Shown: positions 44,001 to 58,100 of the stretch, piece by piece
Position numbering within the stretch: position 1 is the stretch's first letter
Layout: each line of letters starts with the position of its first letter
From: Utricularia gibba
Taxonomy: Eukaryota > Plantae > Magnoliophyta
NCBI GenBank assembly: GCA_002189035.1
Contig: NEEC01000041.1
Location: forward strand, 78,719-142,718
Direction of reading: 5' to 3'
DNA: 64,000 nt
Position numbers and translations under genes: made by a program
The notes under the pieces: generated by a model
Told to the model about the DNA's origin: nothing
The model's database searches: none
Seen by the model: the letters and a program-made list of their open reading frames with translations, nothing else

Positions 44001-47000
44001 TGGCCTCGTGCACTCTTCGGTATCGAGTGGATATCTTGCAAATGATGAGTCATGTTGCACACATACCGTTTCGAAGCTCGTTCCGAGCCGATGTTCGTCC
44101 CTAGCACAACCTCATGGTGCCTTGCACGCCTTCGGTGCATGGCGACGATGCGATCGTCGATTGCATGGACGGTGTGAATGGATTTCGAGATGATCATTTA
44201 AGATGCCATGGGTGTGTCCCTAGCCACAACCTCATGGTGGCCTCGTGCACTCTTCGGTATCGAGTGGATATCTTGCAAATGGTGATGAGTCATGTTGCAC
44301 ATAGCATACCGTTTCGAAGCTCGTTCCGAGCCGGTCTTCTTTCGTGTTGAGAACTTGTTCGTCCGAGGAGGCACAAATGCTCGAAAGATTGCCTTATATT
44401 AGCCTTCAGATGTGCAACGAAGTGGCCACCACGTTCGCGACGATGCGACTCGGGACACCCGACTCGATGCGAATGTGATTTTCGGCATGCAAGACATATG
44501 TATTTCATGGGACGATGTGAATTTTGGATTTCGAGATGATCATTTAAGATGCCATGGGTGTGTCCCTAGCCACAACCTCATGGTGGCCTCGTGCACTCTT
44601 CGGTATCGAGTGGATATCTTGCAAATGGTGATGAGTCATGTTGCACATAGCATACCGTTTCGAAGCTCGTTCCGAGCCGGTCTTCTTTCGTGTTGAGAAC
44701 TTGTTCGTCCGAGGAGGCACAAATGCTCGAAAGATTGCCTTATATTAGCCTTAGATGTGCAACGAAGTGGCCACCACGTTCGCGACGATGCGACTCGGGA
44801 CACCGACTCGATGCGAATGTGATTTTCGGCATGCAAGACATATGTATTTCGGGACGATGTGAATATTTGGATTTCGAGATGATCGATGCCATGAGGGACT
44901 CATCGAGTGGATATCTTGCAAATGGTGATCATGTTGCACATAGCATACCGTTTCGAAGCTCGTTCCGAGCCGGTGTGTTGCAGGAGGCACAAATGCTCGA
45001 AAGATTGCCTTATATTAGCCTTAGATGTGCAACGAAGTGGCCACCACGTTCGCGACGATGCGACTCGGGACACCGACTCGATGCCGGCATGCAAGACATA
45101 TGTATTTCATGACGATCGAGATGATCATTTAAGATGCCATGGGTGTGTCCCTAGCCACAACCTCATGGTGGCCTCGTGCACTCTTCGGTATCGAGTGGAT
45201 ATCTTGCAAATGATGAGTCATGTTGCACATAGCATACCGTTTCGAAGCTCGTTCCGAGCACATGCTCGATTGCCTTATATTAGCCTTCAGATGTGCAACG
45301 AAGTGGCCACCACGTTCGCGACGATGCGACTCGGGACACCGACTCGATGCGAATGTGATTTTTGCAAGACATGTGTCCCCCATGGGAGCGACTCTTCGGT
45401 ATCGAGTGGATATCTTGCAAACGTTGCACATAGCATACCGGAAGCTCAGCAGAACACATGATTGCCTTATATTAGCCGATGTGTGGCGTTCGCGACGATG
45501 CGACTCGGGACACCCGACTCGATGCGAATGTGATTTTCGGCATGCAAGACATATGTATTTCATGGGACGATGTGAATTTTGGATTTCGAGATGATCATTT
45601 AAGATGCCATGGGTGTCCCTAGCCACAACCTCATGGTGGCCTCGTGCACTCTTCGGTATCGAGTGGATATCTTGCAAATGGTGATGAGTCATGTTGCACA
45701 TAGCATACCGTTTCGAAGCTCGTTCCGAGCCGGTCTCTTTCGTGTTGAGAACTTGTTCGTCCGAGGAGGCACAAATGCTCGAAAGATTGCCTTATATTAG
45801 CCTTAATGTGCAACGAAGTGGCCACCACGTTCGCGACGATGCGACTTCGATGCCATGCAAGACATATGGGGACGACTTGACAAGCCATGGTGACTCATCC
45901 AACACGATAAGAGTTCGTCGTTCCGAGCAACGAAGTGGCTTCGCGACGATTTCGATGCGAATGTGATTTTCATGGGGTGTGAAATTTGGATTTCGAGATG
46001 ATCATTTAAGATGCCATGGGTGTGTCCCTAGCCACAACCTCATGGTGGCCTCGTGCACTCTTCGGTATCGAGTGGATATCTTGCAAATCATGTTGCACAT
46101 AGCATACCGTTTCGAAGCTCGTTCCGAGCCGGTCTTCTTTCGTGTTGAGAACTTGTTCGTCCGAGGAGGCACAAATGCTCGAAAGATTGCCTTATATTAG
46201 CCTTCAGATGTGCAACGAAGTGGCCACCACGTTCGCGACGATGCGACTCGGGACACCCGACTCGATGCGAATGTGATTTTCGGCATGCAAGACATATGTA
46301 TTTCATGGGACGATGTGAATATTTCGAGATGATCATTTAAGATGCCATGGGTGTGTCCCTAGCCACAACCTCATGGTGGCCTCGTGCACTCTTCGGTATC
46401 GAGTGGATATCTTGCAAATGGTGATGAGTCATGTTGCACATAGCATACCGTTTCGAAGCTCGTTCCGATCTTTCGTGTTGAGAACTTGTTCGTCCGAGGA
46501 GGCACAAATGCTCGAAAGATTGCCTTATATTAGCCTTGTGTGCAACGAAGTGGCCACCACGTTCGCGAATGCGACTCGTCGATGCCTTGGTCTTCTTTCG
46601 GGTGTGTGCCAGAAACACATGTCACGCATACCGTTTCGAAGCTCGTTCCGAGCAGAACTTGTTCGTCCGATGCTCGATTGCCTTATATTAGCCTTAGATG
46701 TGCAACGAAGTGGCCACCACGTTCGCGACGATGCGACTCGGGACACCGACTCGATGCGAATGTGATTTTCATGCAAGACATCATGGGACGATGTGCGAGA
46801 TGATCATTTAAGATGCCATAGCCACAACCTCATGGACTCTTCGGTATCGAGTGGATATCTTGCGATGAGTCATGTTGCGCATACCGTTTCGAAGCTCGTT
46901 CCGAGAGAACTTGTTCGTCCGAGGAGGCACAAATGCTCGAAAGATTGCCTTATATTAGCCTTATGTTGGGTGTGCGACTCGTCGATGCCACAACCATCGA

Positions 47001-47260
47001 TGTGTCCATAAGATGCCATAGCTCATGGACTATCGAGTGGATATCTTGCAAACGGTGATGAGTCATGTTGCACATAGCATACCGTTTCGAAGCTCGTTCC
47101 GAGCCGGTTTCTTTCGTGAGAACTTGTTCGTCCGAGGAGGCACAAATGCTCGAAAGATTGCCTTATATTAGCCTCCGATGAATCGAAGTGCCGAAAGATA
47201 TGTTATACCTTCCACGATGTCGTTGCCATGCAACCGTCCGATGCCATGTGTGTCCCTAGC
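41010..47260 (+). other. Most degraded region: multiple scrambled patches (~41010-42540, 43110-43550, 43960-44170, 44870-45960, 46550-47260) alternating with intact monomers
   Basis: Dense multi-base deletions and out-of-order fragments, all satellite-derived and on the + strand. Confidence 0.7.
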
Positions 47261-50200
47261 TCATGGTGGCCTCGTGCACTCTTCGGTATCGAGTGGATAT
47301 CTTGCAAATGGTGATGAGTCATGTTGCACATAGCATACCGTTTCGAAGCTCGTTCCGAGCCGGTCTTCTTTCGCAGGATGCTCGAAAGATTGCCTTATAT
47401 TAGCCTTAAGATGTGCAACGAAGTGGCCACCACGTTCGCGACGATGCGACTCGGGACACCCGACTCGATGCGAATGTGATTTTCGGCATGCAAGACATAT
47501 GTATTTCATGGGACGATGTGAATATTTGGATTTCGAGATGATCATTTAAGATGCCATGGGTGTGTCCCTAGCCACAACCTCATGGTGGCCTCGTGCACTC
47601 TTCGGTATCGAGTGGATATCTTGCAAACGGTGATGAGTCATGTTGCACATAGCATACCGTTTCGAAGCTCGTTCCGAGCCGGTCTTCTTTCGTGTTGAGA
47701 ACTTGTTCGTCCGAGGAGGCACAAATGCTCGAGATTGCCTTATATTAGCCTTAAGATGTGCAACGAAGTGGCCACAACGTTCGCGACGATGCGACTCGGG
47801 ACTCGATGCGAATGTGATTTTCGGCATGCAAGACATATGGGGACGATGCGAGATGATGATGCCATGGGTGTGTCCCTAGCCACAACCTCATGGTGGCCTC
47901 GTGCACTCTTCGGTATCGAGTGGATATCTTGCAAATGGTGATGAGTCATGTTGCACATAGCATACCGTTTCGAAGCTCGTTCCGAGCCGGTGTTGAGAAC
48001 TTGTTCGTCCGAGGAGGCACAAATGCTCGAAAGATTGCCTTATATTAGCCGATGTGCAACGAAGTGGCCACAACGTTCGCGACGATGCGACTCGGGAGAC
48101 TCGATGCGAATGTGATTTTCGATGCAAGACATATGTATTTCATGGGACGATGTGAATATTTGGATTTCGAGATGATCATTTAAGATGCCATGGGTGTGTC
48201 CCTAGCCACAACCTCATGGTGGCCTCGTGCACTCTTCGGTATCGAGTGGATATCTTGCAAACGGTGATGAGTCATGTTGCACATAGCATCCGTTTCGAAG
48301 CTCGTTCCGAGCCGGTCTACTTTCGTGTTGAGAACTTGTTCGTCCGAGGAGGCACAAATGCTCGAAAGATTGCCTTATATTAGCCTTCAGATGTGCAACG
48401 AAGTGGCCACACGTTCGCGACGATGCGACTCGGGACACCCGACTCGATGCGAATGTGATTTTCGGCATGCAAGACATATGTATTTCATGGGACGATGTGA
48501 ATATTTGGATTTCGAGATGATCATTTAAGATGCCATGGGTGTGTCCCTAGCCACAACCTCATGGTGGCCTCGTGCACTCTTCGGTATCGAGTGGATATCT
48601 TGCAAACGGTGATGAGTCATGTTGCACATATCATACCGTTTCGAAGCTCGTTCCGAGCCGGTCTTCTTTCGTGTTGAGAACTTGTTCGTCCGAGGAGGCA
48701 CAAATGCTCGAAAGATTGCCTTATATTAGCCTTAAGATGTGCAACGAAGTGGCCACCACGTTCGCGACGATGCGACTCGGGACACCCGACTCGATGCGAA
48801 TGTGATTTTCGGCATGCAAGACATATGTATTTCATGGGACGATGTGAATATTTGGATTTCGAGATGATCATTTAAGATGCCATGGTGTGTCCCTAGCCAC
48901 AACCTCATGGTGGCCTCGTGCACTCTTCGGTATCGAGTGGATATCTTGCAAAGGTGATGAGTCATGTTGCACATAGCATACCGTTTCGAAGCTCGTTCCG
49001 AGCCGGTCTCTTTCGTGTTGAGAACTTGTTCGTCCGAGGAGGCACAATGCTCGAAAGATTGCCTTATATTAGCCTTATGTGCAACGAAGTGGCCACACGT
49101 TCGCGACGATGCGACTCGGACACCCGACTCGATGCGAATGTGATTTTCGGCATGCAAGACATATGTATTTCATGGACGATGTGAATATTTGGATTTCGAG
49201 ATGATCATTTAAGATGCCATGGGTGTGTCCCTAGCCACAACCTCATGGTGGCCTCGTGCACTCTTCGGTATCGAGTGGATATCTTGCAAATGGTGATGAG
49301 TCATGTTGCACATATCATACCGTTTCGAAGCTCGTTCCGAGCCGGTCTTCTTTCGTGTTGAGAACTTGTTCGTCCGAGAGCACAAATGCTCGAAGATTGC
49401 CTTATATTAGCCTTAAGATGTGCGAAGTTTCGCGACGATGCGACTCGGGACACCCGACTCGATGCGAATGTGATTTTCGGCATGCAAGACATATGTATTT
49501 CATGTGTGCCATTTAAGATGCCATGCGCAATTGCGATACCTTATATTAGCCTTACCGAAGCTCGTTCGACGAGCCGACATGCAAGACATCATTCGAGATT
49601 TTTAAGATGCCATGGGTGTGTCCCTAGCCACAACCTCATGGTGGCCTCGTGCACTCTTCGGTATCGAGTGGATATCTTGCAAACGGTGATGAGTCATGTT
49701 GCACATATCATACCGTTTCGAAGCTCGTTCCGAGCCGGTCTTCTTTCGTGTTGAGAACTTGTTCGTCCGAGGAGGCACAAATGCTCGAAAGATTGCCTTA
49801 TATTAGCCTTCAGATGTGCAACGAAGTGGCCACCACGTTCGCGACGATGCGACTCGGACACCCGACTCGATGCGAATGTGATTTTCGGCATGCAAGACAT
49901 ATGTATTTCATGGACGATGTGAATTTTGGATTTCGAGATGATCATTTAAGATGCCATGGTGTGTCCCTAGCCACAACCTCATGGTAGCTCTTCGTGTATC
50001 GAGTGGATATCTTGCAAATGGTGATGAGTCATGTTGCACAAGATGTGAGGATGCGAGATCGACAAGATGAGAACTTGTTCATTTTGCCTTTATTAGCCTT
50101 AAGATGTGCAACGAAGTGGCCACCACGTTCGCGACGATGCGACTCCCTAGCCGGCATGCAACCTGGGACATGTGAATATTTGGCGAGATGATCATCCATG

Positions 50201-51428
50201 TGTGTCCCTAGCCACAACCTCATGGTGGCCTCGTGCACTCTTCGGTATCGAGTGGATATCTTGCAAATGGTGATGAGTCATGTTGCACATATTCCGACCG
50301 TTTCGAAGCTCGTTCCCTTATATTAGCCTAAGATGTGCAACGAAGTGGCTTCTTTATGTATTTCATGGACGATGTGAATATTTGGATTTCGAGATGATCA
50401 TTTAAGATGCCATGGGTGTGTCCCTAGCCACAACCTGTGGCCTCGTGCACTTCGGTATCGAGTGGATATCTTGCAAACGGTGATGAGTCATGTTGCACAT
50501 ATCATACCGTTTCGAAGCTCGTTCCGAGCCGGTCTCTTTCGTGTTGAGAACTTGTTCGTCCGAGGAGGCACAAATGCTCGAAAGATTGCCTTATATTAGC
50601 CTTAAGATGTGCAACGAAGTGGCCACAACGTTCGCGACGATGCGACTCGGGACACCCGACTCGATGCGAATGTGATTTTCGGCATGCAAAGACATATGTA
50701 TTTCATGGGACGATGTGAATATTTGGATTTCGAGATGATCATTTAAGATGCCATGGGTGTGTCCCTAGCCACAACCTCATGGTGGCCTCGTGCACTCTTC
50801 GGTATCGAGTGGATATCTTGCAAACGGTGATGAGTCATGTTGCACATATCATACCGTTTCGAGCTCGTTCCGAGCCGGTCTTCTTTCGTGTTGAGAACTT
50901 GTTCGTCCGAGGAGGCACAAATGCTCGAAAGATTGCCTTATATTAGCCTTAAGATGTGCAACGAAGTGGCCACCACGTTCGCGACGATGCGACTCGGGAC
51001 ACCCGACTCGATGCGAATGTGATTTTCGGCATGCAAGACATATGTATTTCATGGGACGATGTGAATATTTGGATTTCGAGATGATCATTTAAGATGCCAT
51101 GGGTGTGTCCTAGCCACAACCTCATGGTGGCCTCGTGCACTCTTCGGTATCGGAGTGGATATCTTGCAAACGGTGATGAGTCATGTTGCACATAGCATAC
51201 CGTTTCGAAGCTCGTTCCGAGCCGGTCTTTTGTTGAGAACTTGTTCGTCCGAGAGGCACAAATGCTCGAAAGATTGCCTTATATTAGCCTTTAAATGTGC
51301 AACGAAGTGGCCACCACGTTCGCGACGATGCGACTCGGACACCGACTCGATGCGAATGTGATTTTCGGCATGCAAGACATATGTATTTCATGGACGATGT
51401 GAAATTTTGGATTTCGAGATGATCATTT

Positions 51429-51650
51429 AAGATGCCATGGGTGTGTCCCTAGCCACAACCTCATGGTGGCCTCGTGCACTCTTCGGTATCGAGTGGATAT
51501 CTTGCAAAGCCATAAGATGTGCAACGAAGTGGCCACACGTTCGCGACGATGCGACTCGGGACACCCGACTCGATGCGAATGTGATTTTTCGGCATGCAAG
51601 ACATATGTATTTCATGGACGTGTGAAATTTGGATTTCGAGATGATCATTT
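51429..51650 (+). repeat. Truncated 222-bp monomer lacking positions ~81-207
   Basis: Consecutive monomer starts are at 51429 and 51651; the junction cttgcaaa-gccat-aagatgtgcaacg is at ~51501-51526. Confidence 0.65.
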
Positions 51651-52100
51651 AAGATGCCATGTTGTCCCTAGCCACAACCTCATCTGGCCTCGTGCACTCT
51701 TCGGTATCGAGTGGATATCTTGCAAACGGTGATGAGTCATGTTGCACATGTTCCGAGCCGTTCTTTCGTTTGAGAACTTGTTCGTCCGAGGAGGCACAAA
51801 TGCTCGAAAGATTGCCTTATATTAGCCTTAAGATGTGCAACGAAGTGGCCACCACGTTCGCGACGATGCGACTCGGGACACCCGACTCGATGCGAATGTG
51901 ATTTTCGGCATGCAAGACATATGTATTTCATGGGACGATGTGAATATTTGGATTTCGAGATGATCATTTAATGCCATGGGTGTGTCCCTAGCCACAACCT
52001 CATGGTGGCCTCGTGCACTCTTCGGTATCGAGTGGATATCTTGCAAACGGTGATGAGTCATGTTGCACATATCATACCGTTTCGAAGCTCGTTCCGAGCC

Positions 52101-55100
52101 GGTCTTCTTTCGTGTTGAGAACTTGTTCGTCCGAGGAGGCACAAATGCTCGAAAGATTGCCTTATATTAGCCTTCAGATGTGCAACGAAGTGGCCACCAC
52201 GTTCGCGACGATGCGACTCGGGACACCGACTCGATGCGAATGTGATTTTTGACATGCATGCAAGACATATGTATTTCATGGGACGATGTGAATATTTGGA
52301 TTTCGAGATGATCATTTAAGATGCCATGGGTGTGTCCCTAGCCACAACCTCATGGGGATTTCCTCGTGCACTCTTCGGTATCGAGTGGATATCTTGCAAA
52401 CGGTGATGAGTCATGTTGCACATATCATACCGTTTCGAAGCTCGTTCCGAGCCGGTCTTCTTTCGTGTTGAGAACTTGTTCGTCCGGAGAGGCACAAATG
52501 CTCGAAAGATTGCCTTATATTAGCCTTCAGATGTGCAACGAAGTGGCCACCACGTTCGCGACGATGCGACTCGGGACACCCGACTCGATGCGAATGTGAT
52601 TTTCGGCATGCAAGACATATGTATTTCATGGGACGATGTGAAATTTTGGATTTCGAGATGATCATTTAAGATGCCATGGGTGTGTCCCTAGCCACAACCT
52701 CATGGTGGCCTCGTGCACTCTTCGGTATCGAGTGGATATCTTGCAAACGGTGATGAGTCATGTTGCACATAGCATACCGTTTCGAAGCTCGTTCCGAGCC
52801 GGTCTTCTTTCGTGTTGAGAACTTGTTCGTCCGAGGAGGCACAAATGCTCGAAAGATTGCCTTATATTAGCCTTCAGATGTGCAACGAAGTGGCCACCAC
52901 GTTCGCGACGATGCGACTCGGGACACCGACTCGATGCGAATGTGATTTTTGACATGCAAGACATATGTATTTCATGGGACGATGTGAAATTTTGGATTTC
53001 GAGATGATCATTTAAGATGCCATGGGTGTGTCCCTAGCCACAACCTCATGGTGGCCTCGTGCACTCTTCGGTATCGAGTGGATATCTTGCAAATGGTGAT
53101 GAGTCATGTTGCACATAGCATACCGTTTCGAAGCTCGTTCCGAGCCGGTCTTCTTTCGTGTTGAGAACTTGTTTGGAGGCACAAATGCTCGAAAGATTGC
53201 CTTATATTAGCCTTCAGATGTGCAACGAAGTGGCCACCACGTTCGCGACGATGCGACTCGGGACACCCGACTCGATGCGAATGTGATTTTCGGCATGCAA
53301 GACATATGTATTTCATGGACGATGTGAAATTTTGGATTTCGAGATGATCATTTAAGATGCCATGGGTGTGTCCCTAGCCACAACCTCATGGTGGCCTCGT
53401 GCACTCTTCGGTATCGAGTGGATATCTTGCAAACGGTGATGAGTCATGTTGCATACATACCGTTTCGAAAGCCGGCTTTCGTGTTGAGAACTTGTTCGTC
53501 CGAGGAGGCACAAATGCTCGAAAGATTGCCTTATATTAGCCTTCAGATGTGCAACGAAGTGGCCACCACGTTCGCGACGATGCGACTCGGGACACCCGAC
53601 TCGATGCGAATGATTTTCGGCATGCAAGACATATGTATTTCATGGGACGATGTGAAATTTTGGATTTCGAGATGATCATTTAAGATGCCATGGGTGTGTC
53701 CTAGCCACAACCTCATGGTGGCCTCGTGCACTCTTCGGTATCGAGTGGATATCTTGCAAATGGTGATGAGTCATGTTGCACATAGCATACCGTTTCGAAG
53801 CTCGTTCCGAGCCGGTCTCTTTCGTGTTGAGAACTTGTTCGTCCGAGGAGGCACAAATGCTCGAAAGATTGCCTTATATTAGCCTTCAGATGTGCAACGA
53901 AGTGGCCACCACGTTCGCGACGATGCGACTCGGGACACCCGACTCGATGCGAATGTGATTTTCGGCATGCAAGACATATGTATTTCATGGGACGATGTGA
54001 ATATTTGGATTTCGAGATGATCATTTAAGATGCCATGGGTGTGTCCCTAGCCACAACCTCATGGTGGCCTCGTGCACTCTTCGGTATCGAGTGGATATCT
54101 TGCAAACGGTGATGAGTCATGTTGCACATATCATACCGTTTCGAAGCTCGTTCCGAGCCGGTCTTCTTTCGTGTTGAGAACTTGTTCGTCCGAGGAGGCA
54201 CAAATGCTCGAAAGATTGCCTTTATTAGCCTTCAGATGTGCAACGAAGTGGCCACCACGTTCGCGACGATGCGACTCGGGACACCCGACTCGATGCGAAT
54301 GTGATTTTCGGCATGCAAGACATATGTATTTCATGGGACGATGTGAATATTTGGATTTCGAGATGATCATTTAAGATGCCATGGGTGTGTCCCTAGCCAC
54401 AACCTCATGGTGGCCTCGTGCACTCTTCGGTATCGAGTGGATATCTTGCAAACGGTGATGAGTCATGTTGCACATATCATACCGTTTCGAAGCTCGTTCC
54501 GAGCCGGGTTCTTTCGTGTTGAGAACTTGTTCGTCCGAGGAGGCACAAATGCTCGAAAGATTGCCTTATATTAGCCTTCAGATGTGCAACGAAGTGGCCA
54601 CCACGTTCGCGACGATGCGACTCGGGACACCGACTCGATGCGAATGTGATTTTTGCATGCAAGACATATGTATTTCATGGGACGATGTGAAATTTTGGAT
54701 TTCGAGATGATCATTTAAGATGCCATGGGTGTGTCCCTAGCCACAACCTCATGGTGGCCTCGTGCACTCTTCGGTATCGAGTGGATATCTTGCAAATGGT
54801 GATGAGTCATGTTGCACATAGCATACCGTTTCGAAGCTCGTTCCGAGCCGGTCTTCTTTCGTGTTGAGAACTTGTTCGTCCGAGGAGGCACAAATGCTCG
54901 AAAGATTGCCTTATATTAGCCTTCAGATGTGCAACGAAGTGGCCACCACGTTCGCGACGATGCGACTCGGGACACCGACTCGATGCGAATGTGATTTTGC
55001 ATGCAAGACATATGTATTTCATGGGACGATGTGAAATTTGGATTTCGAGATGATCATTTAAGATGCCATGGGTGTGTCCCTAGCCACAACCTCATGGTGG

Positions 55101-58100
55101 CCTCGTGCACTCTTCGGTATCGAGTGGATATCTTGCAAATGGTGATGAGTCATGTTGCATAGCATACCGTTTCGAAGCTCGTTCCGAGCCGGTCTTCTTT
55201 CGTGTTGAGAACTTGTTCGTCCGAGGAGGCACAAATGCTCGAAAGATTGCCTTATATTAGCCTTCAGATGTGCAACGAAGTGGCCACCACGTTCGCGACG
55301 ATGCGACTCGGGACACCCGACTCGATGCGAATGTGATTTTTGCATGCAAGACATATGTATTTCATGGGACGATGTGAAATTTGGATTTCGAGATGATCAT
55401 TTAAGATGCCATGGGTGTGTCCCTAGCCACAACCTCATGGTGGCCTCGTGCACTCTTCGGTATCGAGTGGATATCTTGCAAACGGTGATGAGTCATGTTG
55501 CACATATCATACCGTTTCGAAGCTCGTTCCGAGCCGGTCTTCTTTCGTGTTGAGAACTTGTTCGTCCGAGGGCACAAATGCTCGAAAGATTGCCTTATAT
55601 TAGCCTTCAGATGTGCAACGAAGTGGCCACCACGTTCGCGAAAATGCGACTCGGGACCCGACTCGATGCGAATGTGATTTTGCATGCAAGACATATGTAT
55701 TTCATGGGACGATGTGAAATTTGGATTTCGAGATGATCATTTAAGATGCCATGGGTGTGTCCCTAGCCACAACCTCATGGTGGCCTCGTGCACTCTTCGG
55801 TATCGAGTGGATATCTTGCAAATGGTGATGAGTCATGTTGCACATAGCATACCGTTTCGAAGCTCGTTCCGAGCCGGTCTTCTTTCGTGTTGAGAACTTG
55901 TTCGTCCGAGGAGGCACAAATGCTCGAAAGATTGCCTTATATTAGCCTTAGATGTGCAACGAAGTGGCCACCACGTTCGCGACGATGCGACTCGGACACC
56001 CGACTCGATGCGAATGTGATTTTCGGCATGCAAGACATATGTATTTCATGGGACGATGTGAAATTTTGGATTTCGAGATGATCATTTAAGATGCCATGGG
56101 TGTGTCCCTAGCCACAACCTCATGGTGGCCTCGTGCACTCTTCGGTATCGAGTGGATATCTTGCAAACGGTGATGAGTCATGTTGCACATCATACCGTTT
56201 CGAAGCTCGTTCCGAGCCGGTCTTCTTTCGTGTTGAGAACTTGTTCGTCCGAGGAGGCACAAATGCTCGAAAGATTGCCTTATATTAGCCTTCAGATGTG
56301 CAACGAAGTGGCCACCACGTTCGCGACGATGCGACTCGGGACACCCGACTCGATGCGAATGTGATTTTCGGCATGCAAGACATATGTATTTCATGGGACG
56401 ATGTGAAATTTGGATTTCGAGATGATCATTTAAGATGCCATGGGTGTGTCCCTAGCCACAACCTCATGGTGGCCTCGTGCACTCTTCGGTATCGAGTGGA
56501 TATCTTGCAAATGGTGATGAGTCATGTTGCACATAGCGTTTCGAAGCGGTCTCTTTCGTGTTGAGAACTTGTTCGTCGAGGAGGCACAAATGCTCGAAAG
56601 ATTGCCTTATATTAGCCTTCAGATGTGCAACGAAGTGGCCACCACGTTCGCGACGATGCGACTCGGGACACCCGACTCGATGCGAATGTGATTTTCGGCA
56701 TGCAAGACATATGTATTTCATGGGACGATGTGAAATTTGGATTTCGAGATGATCATTTAAGATGCCATGGGTGTGTCCCTAGCCACAACCTCATGGTGGC
56801 CTCGTGCACTCTTCGGTATCGAGTGGATATCTTGCAAACGGTGATGAGTCATGTTGCACATAGCATACCGTTTCGAAGCTCGTTCGAGCCGGTCTTCTTT
56901 CGTGTTGAGAACTTGTTCGTCCGAGGAGGCACAAATGCTCGAAAGATTGCCTTATATTAGCCTTCAGATGTGCAACGAAGTGGCACCACGTTCGCGACGA
57001 TGCGACTCGGGACACCCGACTCGATGCGAATGTGATTTTGCATGCAAGACATATGTATTTCATGGGACGATGTGAAATTTGGATTTCGAGATGATCATTT
57101 AAGATGCCATGGGTGTGTCCCTAGCCACAACCTCATGGTGGCCTCGTGCACTCTTCGGTATCGAGTGGATATCTTGCAAATGGTGATGAGTCATGTTGCA
57201 CATAGCATACCGTTTCGAAGCTCGTTCCGAGCCGGTCTTCTTTCGTGTTGAGAACTTGTTCGTCCGAGGAGGCACAAATGCTCGAAAGATTGCCTTATAT
57301 TAGCCTTCAGATGTGCAACGAAGTGGCCACCACGTTCGCGACGATGCGACTCGGGACACCGACTCGATGCGAATGTGATTTTCGGCATGCAAGACATATG
57401 TATTTCATGGGACGATGTGAAATTTGGATTTCGAGATGATCATTTAAGATGCCATGGGTGTGTCCCTAGCCACAACCTCATGGTGGCCTCGTGCACTCTT
57501 CGGTATCGAGTGGATATCTTGCAAATGGTGATGAGTCATGTTGCACATAGCATACCGTTTCGAAGCTCGTTCCGAGCCGGTCTTCTTTCGTGTTGAGAAC
57601 TTGTTCGTCCGAGGAGGCACAAATGCTCGAAAGATTGCCTTATATTAGCCTTCAGATGTGCAACGAAGTGGCCACCACGTTCGCGACGATGCGACTCGGG
57701 ACACCCGACTCGATGCGAATGTGATTTTCGGCATGCAAGACATATGTATTTCATGGGACGATGTGAATATTTGGATTTCGAGATGATCATTTAAGATGCC
57801 ATGGTGTGTCCCTAGCCACAACCTCATGGTGGCCTCGTGCACTCTTCGGTATCGAGTGGATATCTTGCAAACGGTGATGAGTCATGTTGAGCTCGTTCCG
57901 AGCCGGTCTTCTTTCGTGTTGAGAACTTGTTCGTCGAGGAGGCACAAATGCTCGAAAGATTGCCTTATATTAGCCTTCAGATGTGCAACGAAGTGGCCAC
58001 CACGTTCGCGACGATGCGACTCGGGACACCCGACTCGATGCGAATGTGATTTTCGCATGCAAGACATATGTATTTCATGGGACGATGTGAAATTTTGGAT

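Larger units (their letters stand above)
22601..52100 (+). repeat. Mosaic array domain: A-type and C-type monomers interleaved in short runs; contains most degraded patches
   Basis: C-type examples are at ~22680, 23567, 26323, 26666, 27720, 37887-38578, 39956, 40292, 43031, 44404, 48385 and 49808. A-type examples are at ~24250-25288, 29331-32392, 34983-36476, 47404, 50600, 50948 and 51827. Confidence 0.7.

Noticed and set aside
47160-47260. Possible foreign insertion (also ~28440-28600, ~35920-36020 and ~43440-43510)
   Set aside because: The stretches are short and still built from monomer fragments, with no terminal repeats, target-site duplication or coding signal.
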